Origin: a virus | Lineage: Duplodnaviria > Caudoviricetes | IMG/VR virus record: IMGVR_UViG_3300027374_000001 | DNA length: 64,000 nt | Strand: one strand, 5' to 3' | Part shown: one piece after another, positions 50,501-58,646 of the stretch | How the letters are laid out: every line of letters begins with the position of its first letter | How positions within the stretch are numbered: position 1 is the stretch's first letter | Position numbers and translations under genes: made by a program | The notes under the pieces: generated by a model | Seen by the model: only the letters and a program-made list of their open reading frames with translations | What the model was told of the DNA's origin: nothing | Database searches by the model: none

Positions 50501-51045
50501 GTTATGTTGAGAATAGTAAGTTTAGTTCACGTCCATATAAGAAAGTTGAGAATTTGATTTCTAAAGGAAATGTAAAAACTTGGCTTCCACCTGAATACGA
50601 CCAAGAGAAGTTTGAAGAGAAAGACATTCAGATTTCTAATATTGATAGTGATGGTGTAATGATAGATTCTAATAAGATTGACACCAACAAAATCAAGCGT
50701 GCAAGCGCTAGAGGAAGTAATGTCGATTTGTTGAGGAATCTTGGTAGTATGCTAGGTCGTACACAGACACAAAAGAAAGATGACGGAAATAGTAGAGAGC
50801 TTATTATTCTAATAAAAACTATTGTACAACTGCTTTCCAGTGTTGTTAAAAATACGGAACAGTTGAATAATATAGCTAAACTCTTAGGTGATTACTTATC
50901 AGAGACAGGAAAGAGCGGTTCTGATAGTAAGACTGCATTAATTGCTAAGCAAAATCTTATAAATGCTATGCAGGGTGGAAATAATTCTGTAAATGAGCAA
51001 CTTATGAGATTGATAGAAAGTACTGAGATGATAGCTAGTGAATAA
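38548..51045 (+). CDS. giant tape-measure-like tail protein with C-terminal C39-like peptidase, phage tail lysozyme and NlpC/P60 domains (4165 aa)
   Basis: Ala/Gly/Lys-rich helical repeats; SQLDPRY..GCAPAAATM..HYIV..INDP (about 48740-49240); AGMLGNFQQET..GLYQ..FERVYER (about 49340-49810); DCS..PGDLI..HVEMYAG (about 50010-50400). Confidence 0.85.
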   Translation: MANALSYIRNVGKSVKYMSIEVAKEMNPTIKGFNDTNSNIMKDMYLSVKTLKRKSKEMPAKIMESQYTEFGRTFLRNLKQDISTGQFYNRERINEYDEKATMSMLGDNGDGMDFDFGSMDDGLEQTEMSSNEMMDLVGEKSSTAVASAVAKSAEYIMQGTGEIAKAQYRQMNAIYAGLHTGMGTINKNVTALLQFSTETTTAHYENSKKFYESVNKADQEKITLLKEISENIKKISDADSKDSKGYSSKKKTYSDMTDSDGIVDLETYFESVKKNIKDRVGEVTDMLDMMSDKDMLMTFASSPVSLIMQEIMPKLLPKVVKTSMESFNKTLGGMFGSALLKLKETANEKGGFWDLASDIFGVNNSMKTTLDPSKYEKGRVPFDGITRKAIVEVIPTYLSKIYSALSGNQQDRFDYETGKFVTMDQLQKQLKDVTKFSRDSAMFDVDDLVKSKMKKDGFKSDKERKAFERDWEALKDYMFKNQRVFNTRQKKSASSYGLKGGMASEVNLEILRQMLDGTPEMMMLANNIMQGRDSVTRQMKELESRGDSVFTALQNGSVEQKSDADKKSSPIAGINNGVINELKAIHKEISYIRLYGIRGRGGSNNKRNGPIPSFDSFDLDALSNVKSRSGDKDYDKNHAEYENIPDLTKEEIKSYAAERIDDKYDAYGRNTKSKSFSAQVREAQGLSAKAAVVVENIKNLAKRPGEFIASVYDKADERMYDFIYGPKEDKTGKKSFSGRLFNRLEQIFDKFSTFIDDTIITPLKAKINKQNIHDAASRFFSMFGINLDETVDKMKQFFFGKKNDGKISEKGLFTDFQQGLSKEFKNVGSWIKDAFAEAGDDLGLDGSKKKQSLELSKQLRDIKIKYAKLGGNTDDLTQAASGMRMVDKTGLAVISEGEMIIPPDMDPLNIAKRYRKERAVKNKLKSNGVDNIMMYAKGKIVQFDRNRKAKKAVNESSAQGHEMTEEEYNAEIDARKKAQTDEKKEEIRNNILNSLLKKYQKISGNKKDIDESRWKFSDAASDALRGFGNSIHDVVEKEIKESGLFGDEKEVETLKKRGKNLFQQAKESLPSLTTGATLGAGLSLMTGFIGGPLIGAGIGAAVGLAKRSESFQNFLFGEQKDGEYQGGIIFSKELSNNIHKYLPGMAKSATVGGIITALPLVPGGPVAGIVLGSAFGFAKNSETVQNALFGEGKLFENKEQFQNKMRSVLPKMGIGAAAGLLAGPFGMTTNILLGSALGFASDTDKFKDFMFGAVDPETNERTGGLFGSITRPAIDFFHDMFVEFKGFVKDKILEPIKTAFEPLANQFHLMMDSVTGFFKDWISEKVGQPIHRMMERLTKKVFGGIKSVLGFILKPAFWAAQMPIRAFSRLGDTARKHQVKTGGTRKTMSAAARNAYRRSKGAKMLIGGRDHFAQFDESLENMDYEQIEQFQDMLAGVESSRLTAKKAHQESFNKIRNVVWSKDFDLKKTAVGKEVLRLIKSGYYEDALKYIDRLGTDPSKGGLTEEQKDKLRGVINKEASKMKMADKARKSRPEAMNELYGQLGSLGMNMDRKLFDKITGSTHEVNKIRDMLNYEKSLRGGPIAEQLANPNKVISEEQKQRHTEIKDKLDKIIENLTKISDISSSLYTDDLKNQEERFKYVSSHGEEGEENPELAERTHILPFIRRGVKKVAGAPIKGVKAGSKIVSMTTGAVKGAAGKVRNTNTMNKVFGDKNTDWKKKAAVVSEGEAIISDVDDAKEHAVGSLGGKNRREGANPLFDLFKNIEKGIKLIAASSVSKSSNDGIDIDTAAANKKGSVVDFVKKAKNKAKNASRYITQFVDGHPIKLFKDKNGDQEIDPSSAETKNSLKIIQDKENTQKGILASLTSLPSKIGSFFKGGDKEEKEESWFSKIVGGIKNLASIIPTGLKVAGGLTAGAVLAEKASPYLESFWNETVHPYLSASWNGEKDGFGKFIYFFNPANPDGLLEKFKTFMQEDFPTIAKTIAAYTGDAVNWALTNVLPGLVTSLITNFPTAMVGVGKGIIAGVDNLISGRKKNDGKLDDVKVYPAGGAYKTGNAAAPKWMRDSAKDIQLGSYDWDNMKFDSSGSTVGYDIDSNISKVRNMSETVEEAKKDGVTPNLKYEDTGKKTKSGTKTYTVGGATVVKKDPLNGKLPKAFNFIPEAYKSKAISEYEKVKYAVVDMSGYGVMTVGEVLNSDTVVLGVTGDGEEITGSHALEHYETSKMLGMEVKLSQDEIKANTAAVGSYGTTTGSKLTKGGLKGITRSLLGASTGVKGGSKVVEGGAKAVGALTRLIPGVGKYSQKGLNKLGEGSAKGMGKASKGLQKLGVKLGLNKGSIKENGSTLFEFLDDIAKGDLSYDEVADVVKELDAEKAAEKAKSASSKAASKAAKKTKTKKSSFFDRFKKPKEVSETFGADVIDVIDADGTVLKHADDGATAASKFANNVLALPGETMDGKTVDAVAGLTEKAAKSSTTEVAKTAGKEVAEKALKDGAGNALGEIASSQKKGILGKFIDLVKSGISKVLNSPVVQKYFKGAIKGIGKGAQKATANLDKLGVKLGTKVAELLAKHGGKMGAKAAAKIGAYAGSALVILVADALLSFTLGVKNANNIVGTVEQPDAFTRFLCGLANCVNEVFLLGLVPLNLVVDIIIKLGEECLGMDFGELSEQREEAQRIVDEYNEEHGTDLTIEEYNNKDKLWTKVKKGASDLWEGAKDLGGKAVTEAKEFGSGLLDKAKGVGDKAKEFGSGLLDKAKGVGDKAKDLGGKVITKAKDLGKKAKESIMGKSSFTEEELSELDEYNKKNGTNISAEEYYNGGRIGYEIKKGIDNVVTGAKKRIDTAVDLASYAGKVFKDTWDELVTGEEKKSPDLKIDANDPYHDHKYLIYSTIKIAAFIPGQIAKLARNIYEKALKPLGEGIVTVGKGIGNTVTDMFTNAWNGDIKNVFTAASRNAGFDDNDMLKYVSMGANTAVASMLAVPTLLTSGIGFVVRHFESFVDGVKTIGSGIGKTVSGMFSSAWKGDMKGVLSSAGENAQFKDNQLLNTMSMGANGVVGALISVPTLLTAGVGVVARNFNKVVSGLKTIGSSLGKNVQNMATKAWSGHPIQALTDNSANANTDNNLINKLSAGINFASKVMLSPMVFLTAAVGKLKDLLNNVVSGLKTIGNSMTSMVSNVMSKATSGENPASAIFTTEGDARTGNKLVDYTSTVINTIVKIPLTPVAMLTYGVNKVANGIKTFASTLAEAGTLSDDDQKLVDQAKEGDINPFTKKYWTVNTSLTGVAKGFNTFISIFHKVMALPQALVGYLNPLSLAKKGAKWVLDKLGIDDSETGSGSGAKGAAITTGVAGAAAGKVLGTATDAVKSVTGGGSGQKAAEENRFRNAVRKSQDTERAINEKVSDNTFVSQLDPRYANKRFNIKGDTQAQTLGDTGCAPAAATMAINGTLGQRQESMTSAAKSAIKYKLKNDGVNAAYFNEEFAKNGMSAQYITTSDSNERANQIKKHLSNHNRVVLLGQDPTNSSKKQSPYGPDKHYIVANGMSKDGKYIYINDPESSKANVKYPANKILSNSSLGIAAATAKGSNLPNLRDKILYTISGRGALPGSDVAEKCWNYIRSRGCSEAATAGMLGNFQQETGMNPAVDGGPAAGLYQMEKSTGHFAQYCAYAKSKGCDWTDLKCQLDWLFEGGKMEETFKTYTGKQPHYYSTGEWCWWPQKMTWDEFKKLDDVAKATEIFERVYERGSIPRMDKRIQYAKEYYQRFTGKFVKVDGTSSDGGSGEGESSQSNSGTWVDKVYGVFDKLATAYGLKSNESSGSSDGSSSGGVVGGSDKQKALVNQMKSIEGKLAYAQNNAQFPGPRSAEGGISSDCSETCQWAYKKVLNVDPGSWTGAMETDDDTYTVTTSFDESKMQPGDLILYNGHVEMYAGDGQMIGHGGPGKGPTTKKLSDQGRFRMIRRWKGFKDGGESSGSGSGLFVGRGTDPTKSSKNATNKFSYVENSKFSSRPYKKVENLISKGNVKTWLPPEYDQEKFEEKDIQISNIDSDGVMIDSNKIDTNKIKRASARGSNVDLLRNLGSMLGRTQTQKKDDGNSRELIILIKTIVQLLSSVVKNTEQLNNIAKLLGDYLSETGKSGSDSKTALIAKQNLINAMQGGNNSVNEQLMRLIESTEMIASE
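46672..46875 (+). repeat. coding tandem repeats within the tail protein (AKEFGSGLLDKAKGVGDK x2, AKDLGGK x2-3)
   Basis: Visible in the translation; synonymous divergence at the DNA level. Confidence 0.8.
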
Positions 51046-51051
51046 GATTAA

Positions 51052-51079
51052 AGGAGTAGGAGATTGTTCTCCTACTCCT
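51052..51079 (+). terminator. intrinsic terminator
   Basis: AGGAGTAGGAGA...TCTCCTACTCCT plus ATCTTTTT. Confidence 0.75.
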
Positions 51080-51101
51080 ATCTTTTTAGGAGGATAATAA
51101 T

Positions 51102-52622
51102 ATGCCGAACAAATTAGAAGCTGCTGTAGCAGTGCCTAAAGATCAAAATAATAAATTATCAGAAAAAGAGCAAATAGCTAGGGATGTACTAGATCAGCAG
51201 CAAAATATATTAGAAGCGTATTTAACGGATGAAGCAGTTAAACGTTCAGATGAAACAGTTGTGTCTGGACTTATGACTCATAATTTAAATGGCATATATG
51301 GATTGCCATATCAGTTTATGACTAATGTAGATCCTGTATTAACTGGTACCCAATTTGGAAGAAAATATGCAGAAAGAATAATTAGTAAAATGCCATTATT
51401 GCTTGTAACACCCGGAAAGGTTAGATTTATGAGTAACTTTTCTAAAGAAGAACAAACTGGAATATTAGCCGATTTAATTCAAGTGGGAAAGGGTCTTAAT
51501 GTAGAAACCGATATAGATAGTATAATAAAGGACAATGGTAAATTTTTTACCTTTGAATTTGCTTATACTGAATATTTTGATTATGTAAATGCGATATGCC
51601 GTACAGGAGCAAGATATTTAGGTATTCAAGATGTGGTAATGGATATAGGCGGAAAACAAGCAACTGCAGATAAGTTTCAATGGCAAAATGCTTTAAATTC
51701 TGATTTTAAGGCTACATTCACATCTCAAGAGTTCATTGCATTTTATATGGACTCTTCAGATCAGGTATCTGAAGAGTTTAGCAACGAAACAACTCAATCT
51801 CAACTTGCTAGTACAGTAAACGGAATGTCTGATTTGGGTAGAGAAATAGGATTCTTATTAGGTGCTGGTGCTGGAACTACATTTGAATGGATGGATCAAG
51901 CTGCCTTAGATTCTACCATGCAAACTATTGATGAATTGACTAATAAATATCTTAACGGTTCTAATATCATAAAGAATATAGCGAATAATTTTGCTACAGT
52001 AGCTTGTGGTGGTAAATTATTATTTCCAGAGATATGGGCAGATTCATCGTTTTCTAGATCATTTGATATTACCATTAAATTGAGAACACCTGATCCTAGT
52101 GTTATGGCGTGGTATACTAATATATTTGCACCATTGGCTCACCTCATGGGGCTTACCGCTGGGCATACTGAAACTGCAGCCACTCAATCTGCGCAATCGT
52201 ATTTTTCTCCATTCTTAATTAGAGCTTTCTATAAGGGGTTGTTTAATATAGAAATGGGAATAGTAACAAGTATGAGCATAACTAAAGGTAAAGAATCTGC
52301 TTGGACAGTGAATGGTTTACCTACAGAAGTAGATGTGTCATTAAGTATTAAAGATTTATATAATATGATGGCTATAACTCCTGGAACAAAACCAAAATAT
52401 TTTGTGTCCAATTCAATACTGATGGATTATATAGCTAATACTTGTGGGGTTAATATAAATAAGATGGATATTCAAAGAACGTTAGATATTTATCTTATTC
52501 TTACCAGTAATAGAATGACTGACATACCAAATAAGATTCACAGTAAACTGCAAACTAGTATTGATAATATGGCAATGCGAGTATACGATGCCGCAATTAA
52601 CAAACTATTGCCTAATCTGTAA
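51102..52622 (+). CDS. putative baseplate/tail-tube cap-like structural protein (506 aa)
   Basis: FPEIW..SRSFDITIKL..GIVTSMSITKG..NGLPTEVDVSLSIKDL recalls T4 gp48/gp54-type tube-fold proteins; follows the tape-measure-like gene. Confidence 0.5.
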   Translation: MPNKLEAAVAVPKDQNNKLSEKEQIARDVLDQQQNILEAYLTDEAVKRSDETVVSGLMTHNLNGIYGLPYQFMTNVDPVLTGTQFGRKYAERIISKMPLLLVTPGKVRFMSNFSKEEQTGILADLIQVGKGLNVETDIDSIIKDNGKFFTFEFAYTEYFDYVNAICRTGARYLGIQDVVMDIGGKQATADKFQWQNALNSDFKATFTSQEFIAFYMDSSDQVSEEFSNETTQSQLASTVNGMSDLGREIGFLLGAGAGTTFEWMDQAALDSTMQTIDELTNKYLNGSNIIKNIANNFATVACGGKLLFPEIWADSSFSRSFDITIKLRTPDPSVMAWYTNIFAPLAHLMGLTAGHTETAATQSAQSYFSPFLIRAFYKGLFNIEMGIVTSMSITKGKESAWTVNGLPTEVDVSLSIKDLYNMMAITPGTKPKYFVSNSILMDYIANTCGVNINKMDIQRTLDIYLILTSNRMTDIPNKIHSKLQTSIDNMAMRVYDAAINKLLPNL

Positions 52623-52691
52623 AGTATTGTTTTAAAGCCTCTGAAACATTTCAATATAATACGGATTTTGTAAGGCGTAGGGGGTGATAAT

Positions 52692-53420
52692 ATAAAAAAT
52701 AAAAACCGTAGTCAAAAAGCTAAAGAATATGCTGCTAAATATTCTGAGATTCCTATAAATTATGAAGAAAGACTATCGTGGATGGTAGATCATTATAATT
52801 TATCCGAATCTAAGATGGAAGAAATAATAAATAAAAGAGAAAATGTAATAGCTAATATGGTGTTTTTTACTTGTAAAGTGGTTCAGTTATTAGAAATTCC
52901 TGAGGGGACGCATCGTTCTAGATTTAGAATAATAAAGAAGGATAATTATAATAGAATAGCAATGCAAGATGAATTCGTTCATGTGTATACTCCAAATGCA
53001 CAGGATGATTTTAAATATATGCATCAAATGATAGATGAGGAATTAGTTTATATTGATGGATTAATTAATACCCCGTGTATTATAGATTATTATGCATATT
53101 TCAAAACACCATCATATTACAATACAACAGATATATTCTTAGGTGAAACAGGTTTATTCAGGCCCCCCATTGATAAGCCAGATTGGGATAATTGCGGAAA
53201 AAAATATTGTGATATGTATAATCATAACATATGGTTGGACGATGCTTTAGTACTAGATGGAGCAGTGCATAAATATTATTCTATACTTCCTAGAGTAGAA
53301 ATATATCTCAAATATTTAAACTGTACTTATACCAAGGCTCAATATAATAGAATAATAAAAAGAAAAGATTATGATGGAACGGAAATACATTATTTAGATA
53401 GATACGGGAGGCTAGTATAA
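52692..53420 (+). CDS. RusA-like Holliday junction resolvase, probable ATA start
   Basis: KPDWDNCGK..D..IWLDDALV..KYYS..PRVEI is the RusA signature. The frame is open upstream to an ATA 5 nt after GGGGGTG; AACA-N6-TA at 52645-52656. Confidence 0.8.
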   Translation: MKNKNRSQKAKEYAAKYSEIPINYEERLSWMVDHYNLSESKMEEIINKRENVIANMVFFTCKVVQLLEIPEGTHRSRFRIIKKDNYNRIAMQDEFVHVYTPNAQDDFKYMHQMIDEELVYIDGLINTPCIIDYYAYFKTPSYYNTTDIFLGETGLFRPPIDKPDWDNCGKKYCDMYNHNIWLDDALVLDGAVHKYYSILPRVEIYLKYLNCTYTKAQYNRIIKRKDYDGTEIHYLDRYGRLV

Positions 53421-53422
53421 AA

Positions 53423-53827
53423 ATGAACTATGATTTACGTAGACTTATTACTGAACTAAGGATATTTTTTAATAATTATATATATACAGATAAAAATTAT
53501 GCGGATACATTATTAGAACTTATACAAACTAATTCATTCACTCCGGTAGTTTCAGCTGTAATAGAGTATACTTCACCTACACATGTTGTATTAATATTCG
53601 AGAAAAAATACGAGTATAATGTAGATATACGCAATGCTGTTCATTCATTTTATAAGTATTTATTTAGTTCAGGAGATTTAAGAAAATTAATTGAAACTCA
53701 ATATACTGGTGAATATAAAAATGAATTACTACAAATGATCCCGCAAATCAGTGACGATTCTTCTATAATTTGTAATATGTATAATATGACAATGATGGAT
53801 GCAAATATAATGTATATATATCTATAA
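53423..53827 (+). CDS. hypothetical protein (134 aa)
   Basis: GGAGG SD; coupled to the RusA-like gene. Confidence 0.7.
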   Translation: MNYDLRRLITELRIFFNNYIYTDKNYADTLLELIQTNSFTPVVSAVIEYTSPTHVVLIFEKKYEYNVDIRNAVHSFYKYLFSSGDLRKLIETQYTGEYKNELLQMIPQISDDSSIICNMYNMTMMDANIMYIYL

Positions 53828-53833
53828 AAGAGT

Positions 53834-53858
53834 CCCCATGGGAAGTGATCCCATGGGG
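53834..53858. terminator. terminator between convergent genes
   Basis: CCCCATGGGA...TCCCATGGGG stem. Confidence 0.75.
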
Positions 53859-53863
53859 GCATT

Positions 53864-54730
53864 TTATTTCATATCTTCTAAAACCCTTTTAACGTAACTC
53901 TCGTTTACATTTTTTAACTCTAATACATTCAGCATTTCAAGAAATGTATACATCGTAGTTACGTTTCTTCTTATAGCCCGAACATCAAGTTTTCCGTTAT
54001 CTCCGGTAAAAGTTTCAAGCATTGCCTTATCATTGACCGTGCTCTGAGTAGCAAGATTCATCATCTCTTCAAAAAGATTAATTCTTCTATAGTTCTTACG
54101 TCCTTTTATTTCATCTACCTGACGTCTGTACATTTGAACGAATTCTTGTTTAATCTTTTCTTTTTCTTCTTTATTTTTAGCTTTAATATTATCGATCTTT
54201 TCTTTAGTTTCCGCTGCTAATTTATCGAGTTTCTCCTTATCTTCAGCATTAGCTATAGCATAATCTTCTATTGCGCAGCATACGTTTTTATTTATCCTGG
54301 TCGTAATTTCGGGTTCTGATAAGGTTTCAAGCTTTTCAAAGAAATTATCTGTAACAGTTTTACTAATCTTAAATGTAGAAGGATCTGTATCTTTAGCTCC
54401 ATGAACTACAACTCTATGTGTAGATTCTACTGCTTCTGCTATTGATGCTAACAGTACAGATTGACTTTTCATATGACTTAACAGCCTGGGAGTAGTTTCT
54501 TCTGTAACGAAAGATTCGCATAAGAATTTTCCCATCTGATTATTAGCATCTTTTAAGCACGGCTGCAAAAAATAATTCAACGCCTCAGATAATAAATAGA
54601 TTTTGGATTCACTCACAAAATCTGTGTATTTTCTTTTATTTTGCTCCATATTCATAAATCTCTTTCTATCCTGATTATACATTTCTTGTTGAACTCTTTG
54701 TTGTTCAACAGTAGGAATTTCGTAACTCAT
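53864..54730 (-). CDS. hypothetical helical protein (288 aa), late-type promoter
   Basis: AAGGAGG SD; AACA-N6-TA at 54755-54766. Confidence 0.75.
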   Translation of the reverse strand: MSYEIPTVEQQRVQQEMYNQDRKRFMNMEQNKRKYTDFVSESKIYLLSEALNYFLQPCLKDANNQMGKFLCESFVTEETTPRLLSHMKSQSVLLASIAEAVESTHRVVVHGAKDTDPSTFKISKTVTDNFFEKLETLSEPEITTRINKNVCCAIEDYAIANAEDKEKLDKLAAETKEKIDNIKAKNKEEKEKIKQEFVQMYRRQVDEIKGRKNYRRINLFEEMMNLATQSTVNDKAMLETFTGDNGKLDVRAIRRNVTTMYTFLEMLNVLELKNVNESYVKRVLEDMK

Positions 54731-54766
54731 AATTTGTATTTCCTCCTTTTATTTTAAGTATATGTT

Positions 54767-57400
54767 CTAGAGTACCCGTAAATTGATGTCTGGAGTCATA
54801 TCAGACACATTTATACATAAAAACTCTGGTGTTATAGTAACATCATCTTTATCTTGTTTATACAAATGCTGATATCCGGGTCCATACTCATTAAACCCAA
54901 GGAACTCAAAATATTCTATTGAGTTTCTATAGTCATTTGTAATTTGAGTTATAAGGTTCGGTATATGTAAAGAACTCATATCATTGAGATTTTCTACATA
55001 TTGTTTTATATCATGAAGGATATAGTTCTTCGTTTGATTATCAGAAGTTTTAAGTAATCTAACTTCAAAGTTCATTGTTAGATGTATTCTATCTACAGGT
55101 ATTTCTCCATTCTTATCTATAGTGAATATAGTAGAACTACCATAAGTATTAAACAACTTAAAATCAATTAAGAAGTTATTTTCTAATAGATAAATAGCTT
55201 TATCTATATATGCCTTTTCGTAATTGAATTGTTGTACTAAAGCTTGTACATTATCCTCTGTATTTAGATAAGAATGTTTAATCACTGGTACCGATCTAAC
55301 TTCAAATCCATATTCTTCATCATATTCTGTTTCCATAACATTATCTGTTACATGAGAAGACATAATCTGTGAATAATTATAGAAAAATTCTAATCCTCCA
55401 TTTATAGTATACATATTGGTCACAGACCATCCATATGTACCACCTTCTCCATCTACAGGAACAATACTATCTAGATCATATCTACCATACTCATTGTAAA
55501 CTTCGGTAGAAGCTTCAAATTGATATAGCACATATATTCTAGCCTCGACATGACTAGTAAAATATCCATAGTCAGTAGCTAAAGTTCCTGGAATAGATAC
55601 ATTTTTAATGTGAATTTTATTATCATCATTTAGTTTATCTGTAGTTTCAAGGTTGAAGTTGAAGATATATCTGCCGGTCTTCATATTTATATCTATAAAC
55701 TCGCCTTCACAGTATCTATAAGGCTCGGTAGAATCCTCATTATATAAAACCAATATTGTTCTTATCTTATTTCCTATATTAGTACTAGAATCTCCGGCAG
55801 CATCTCCAAGCATAGATATATTTGGAGAGAGCATAATAGATAATTTATAAATATTTGGTTCTGAGAGATATTTTCTACACCACTCTACATAAGTAGCAAT
55901 AAATTGCCTAGTAGCTTGATGGTTGATGTAACTAAATGTGAGCTGAGCCGGATAGTCCATTATGGATAGATAATACGATACATATAGCGGGTCATCGGTT
56001 ACAACTAAAGAAAATGGTATTGTGTAAATATAATTGTGGGTATCGTCCTTTAGCATCTCTATAAGTTTCTCATCATTTTTATCATAAATATGCCCAATGC
56101 CATTTTCCAATACTATATATGAACCAGGCTTTAATACATATTTACGATTATCTCGTGTTGTAAACTGAGATCTTCGTATTTCTATATCAATGGTATTAGT
56201 GGGAACGACGTTATCGTACACATCCTTTAAAACAAGATACGCAAAGTAAGACCTCTCAAATTGGTTATCCACCTTTTTCATTATTTCTATTCTAGTTTTT
56301 TCTGCATCTAGAATCATCATATTGAAATAATTTTTAAGATCCTGCATATTGGTTATACTTCCTCTAGCTAACGCTTCTTTTGGAAGTAATCTTTTTAATT
56401 CTTCTACTGTTTTTCTATCTTCACCTCCGGTTGAACGTTTTGCTGGTCTTATGATAGAATAAACGTTTTTATATTTAAATCTATCTGAAGTCAATTTTGC
56501 ATAAACGATATCGTCATAGTCAAAGTTGCCTTCACTTCCTTTAGTAGTATAAATATATACAGTTATCTCATCATTTAGTTTTGGTAAATATGATATAGAA
56601 TCAAATCTGACTCTTATGGTTTGCTCATCTATGTAAGTATAATAACAATAATCTTTAATATTGTTTTCTATACCCATGCCCTCGAACATCGGAGTCAGAT
56701 AAGTTTCTTTGCCATTTTCATTTACACAAACTTCAAACCCGGCAAGTTGATCAAAGAACGTGAATTCAAAAGTTTTATTATCAATAGAAGAACTTGATAT
56801 AACCTTCTTAGTTTCTGTTTTATGCGTAACCTGCATCAACTGACAGGGGATATATATCATATTTCTTCTTTGGTCTATTTGTACATATGGAGTTGCAGTG
56901 TATGGATTAGTGATTTTACTTAACTCATTTTTCCTGTCTATTTTATATTGAGCAGAATAGGCATATTCATTGTTCGCTATTACTGTACGTATAAGCATCA
57001 AATCATATTCTAAATGAAACTCAAAATCACCAATATTAAATATCATTTCTTTGGTTATAGTAAACACATCAGCAACAAAAAGATCAAATATTTCGTCTTG
57101 ATCTAGTCCTAAATATATAGGTAAAATAGCAGGAGATGCGTTTATATCATTTATATTCTGTATAATTGCATGTGCTATTACATTCTTTTCATACTTGGCT
57201 CTAGATGGCCACAATTCATTTCCGAGTTCTGAATTTATTATAATATCATTTTGTATTTGTTGTGACATCATATCTATGAGGTATCCAAAAATACCGACAG
57301 ATAGAGTGTCTTCCGTCTTATTCGGTATATAAGTTTTAGATACGTCATGTACCATGTCTGTGATATTATAAATACTTGGATCTATAATATTATTAGCCAT
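54767..57400 (-). CDS. baseplate wedge protein (T4 gp6 / baseplate-J-like)
   Basis: NELWPSRAK, YTTKGSEGN and TGGEDRKTVEELK...ITNMQDL match the gp6-like pattern; start at ATG 57400 behind GGAGG. Confidence 0.7.
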   Translation of the reverse strand: MANNIIDPSIYNITDMVHDVSKTYIPNKTEDTLSVGIFGYLIDMMSQQIQNDIIINSELGNELWPSRAKYEKNVIAHAIIQNINDINASPAILPIYLGLDQDEIFDLFVADVFTITKEMIFNIGDFEFHLEYDLMLIRTVIANNEYAYSAQYKIDRKNELSKITNPYTATPYVQIDQRRNMIYIPCQLMQVTHKTETKKVISSSSIDNKTFEFTFFDQLAGFEVCVNENGKETYLTPMFEGMGIENNIKDYCYYTYIDEQTIRVRFDSISYLPKLNDEITVYIYTTKGSEGNFDYDDIVYAKLTSDRFKYKNVYSIIRPAKRSTGGEDRKTVEELKRLLPKEALARGSITNMQDLKNYFNMMILDAEKTRIEIMKKVDNQFERSYFAYLVLKDVYDNVVPTNTIDIEIRRSQFTTRDNRKYVLKPGSYIVLENGIGHIYDKNDEKLIEMLKDDTHNYIYTIPFSLVVTDDPLYVSYYLSIMDYPAQLTFSYINHQATRQFIATYVEWCRKYLSEPNIYKLSIMLSPNISMLGDAAGDSSTNIGNKIRTILVLYNEDSTEPYRYCEGEFIDINMKTGRYIFNFNLETTDKLNDDNKIHIKNVSIPGTLATDYGYFTSHVEARIYVLYQFEASTEVYNEYGRYDLDSIVPVDGEGGTYGWSVTNMYTINGGLEFFYNYSQIMSSHVTDNVMETEYDEEYGFEVRSVPVIKHSYLNTEDNVQALVQQFNYEKAYIDKAIYLLENNFLIDFKLFNTYGSSTIFTIDKNGEIPVDRIHLTMNFEVRLLKTSDNQTKNYILHDIKQYVENLNDMSSLHIPNLITQITNDYRNSIEYFEFLGFNEYGPGYQHLYKQDKDDVTITPEFLCINVSDMTPDINLRVL

Positions 57401-57402
57401 AA

Positions 57403-58578
57403 TTAAATCCTCCATTTGAGTTTATAGGAATAATTCATATCAGATGGACCGTTCCAGTTATCTGGTTTATTCACTCTAACTACAACTGGCATAGTGGCCC
57501 ATCTTCCATCTACCATTCCTTTACTAAAATTAAACACCGGTAAGTCATTTGTATATTTTATGAAATTATATGTGAGATCATTAAAATCTGTTAATATTGC
57601 CGGGTCCAGGTCGTCAAGGAATGCAGCTTCAAAATCAACGGCATAGGTTAATCCACCCTCTGTTTTCATATCAGAAAATGAATCTCGTGGAACCGATTTA
57701 GGAAATACACCCCATAATTTGGCATAGTATATTATGGTTTCACCATCATCTTCTACTATAAATTTATATATAGCAAATTGATCGTGCAATCTTTTTGTCC
57801 TGGTATAGTAATCCATACACACCCCGTTTACTACAGGAGCATTATCTATATTTGGCGGTGTTACCATTCCTATTTTTTTTAATCTCTCATAATTTTCATA
57901 TGCTTTAAATAACTGGTATATCTCTAAATATTTCGTGTCTTCAAACTCTAATGAAAATTGAACTTTTTCATCGGAGTTATATCCAGAGCCTCTATAGCTA
58001 TATGACGTTCCATATATATTAGAAGGAGTATCTATGGTATCAGCAGATATACTTGGTAACTCTAAGGTGTTTTGTACAGCATTAGATAGTACCGCCATAA
58101 ATGGATTACTAGAACTGTATTCTGATGATTTCTGCAATTGACCAATCACGTTACCATATCTTTCTTTTAGTTCTAGAAAGAATGGGCTTCCGTTAAGCTC
58201 ACTATTTAATGTCTTTCTTTGTGGAACTGTAATATGTAAATCTGGTTTTGTAAAAAACAAGTATTCTCTACTACCAGTTACTGCGTTGTAAGGATCCATT
58301 ATTCCAAATCTGCTAAATTTATCGTACCATTTTATATCTATCCTGTCATATATACCATTCGCGTAAAATGTAGGTTGCAAATCTTCAGATATACTTGGTC
58401 TATTACCAATATTTGTATTTGGAACTACCCTATTAAAACCCTTAAGTTCAGCATTAATGGCTGCTAGTGCGCTGCCTATACCCATAGCTTCACTGGGTTT
58501 TAATTGAGGTATTTTAGAAACCACTTTTTTGTTCTTAGGTTGAACTCTGGATTTTAAATTACCTATGACGGATGGCAT
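57403..58578 (-). CDS. tail-tube-fold baseplate protein (391 aa)
   Basis: SLEFEDT..IYQLFKAY..YYAKLWGVFPKSVP resembles T4 gp19/gp54 tube-fold motifs; AACA-N6-TA at 58610-58621. Confidence 0.55.
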   Translation of the reverse strand: MPSVIGNLKSRVQPKNKKVVSKIPQLKPSEAMGIGSALAAINAELKGFNRVVPNTNIGNRPSISEDLQPTFYANGIYDRIDIKWYDKFSRFGIMDPYNAVTGSREYLFFTKPDLHITVPQRKTLNSELNGSPFFLELKERYGNVIGQLQKSSEYSSSNPFMAVLSNAVQNTLELPSISADTIDTPSNIYGTSYSYRGSGYNSDEKVQFSLEFEDTKYLEIYQLFKAYENYERLKKIGMVTPPNIDNAPVVNGVCMDYYTRTKRLHDQFAIYKFIVEDDGETIIYYAKLWGVFPKSVPRDSFSDMKTEGGLTYAVDFEAAFLDDLDPAILTDFNDLTYNFIKYTNDLPVFNFSKGMVDGRWATMPVVVRVNKPDNWNGPSDMNYSYKLKWRI

Positions 58579-58646
58579 TATTTCACACTCCTTCCCTCTT
58601 CAAATTGATTAATTCTATGTTTCGAGGGCAAAATAGTACCAAATTA

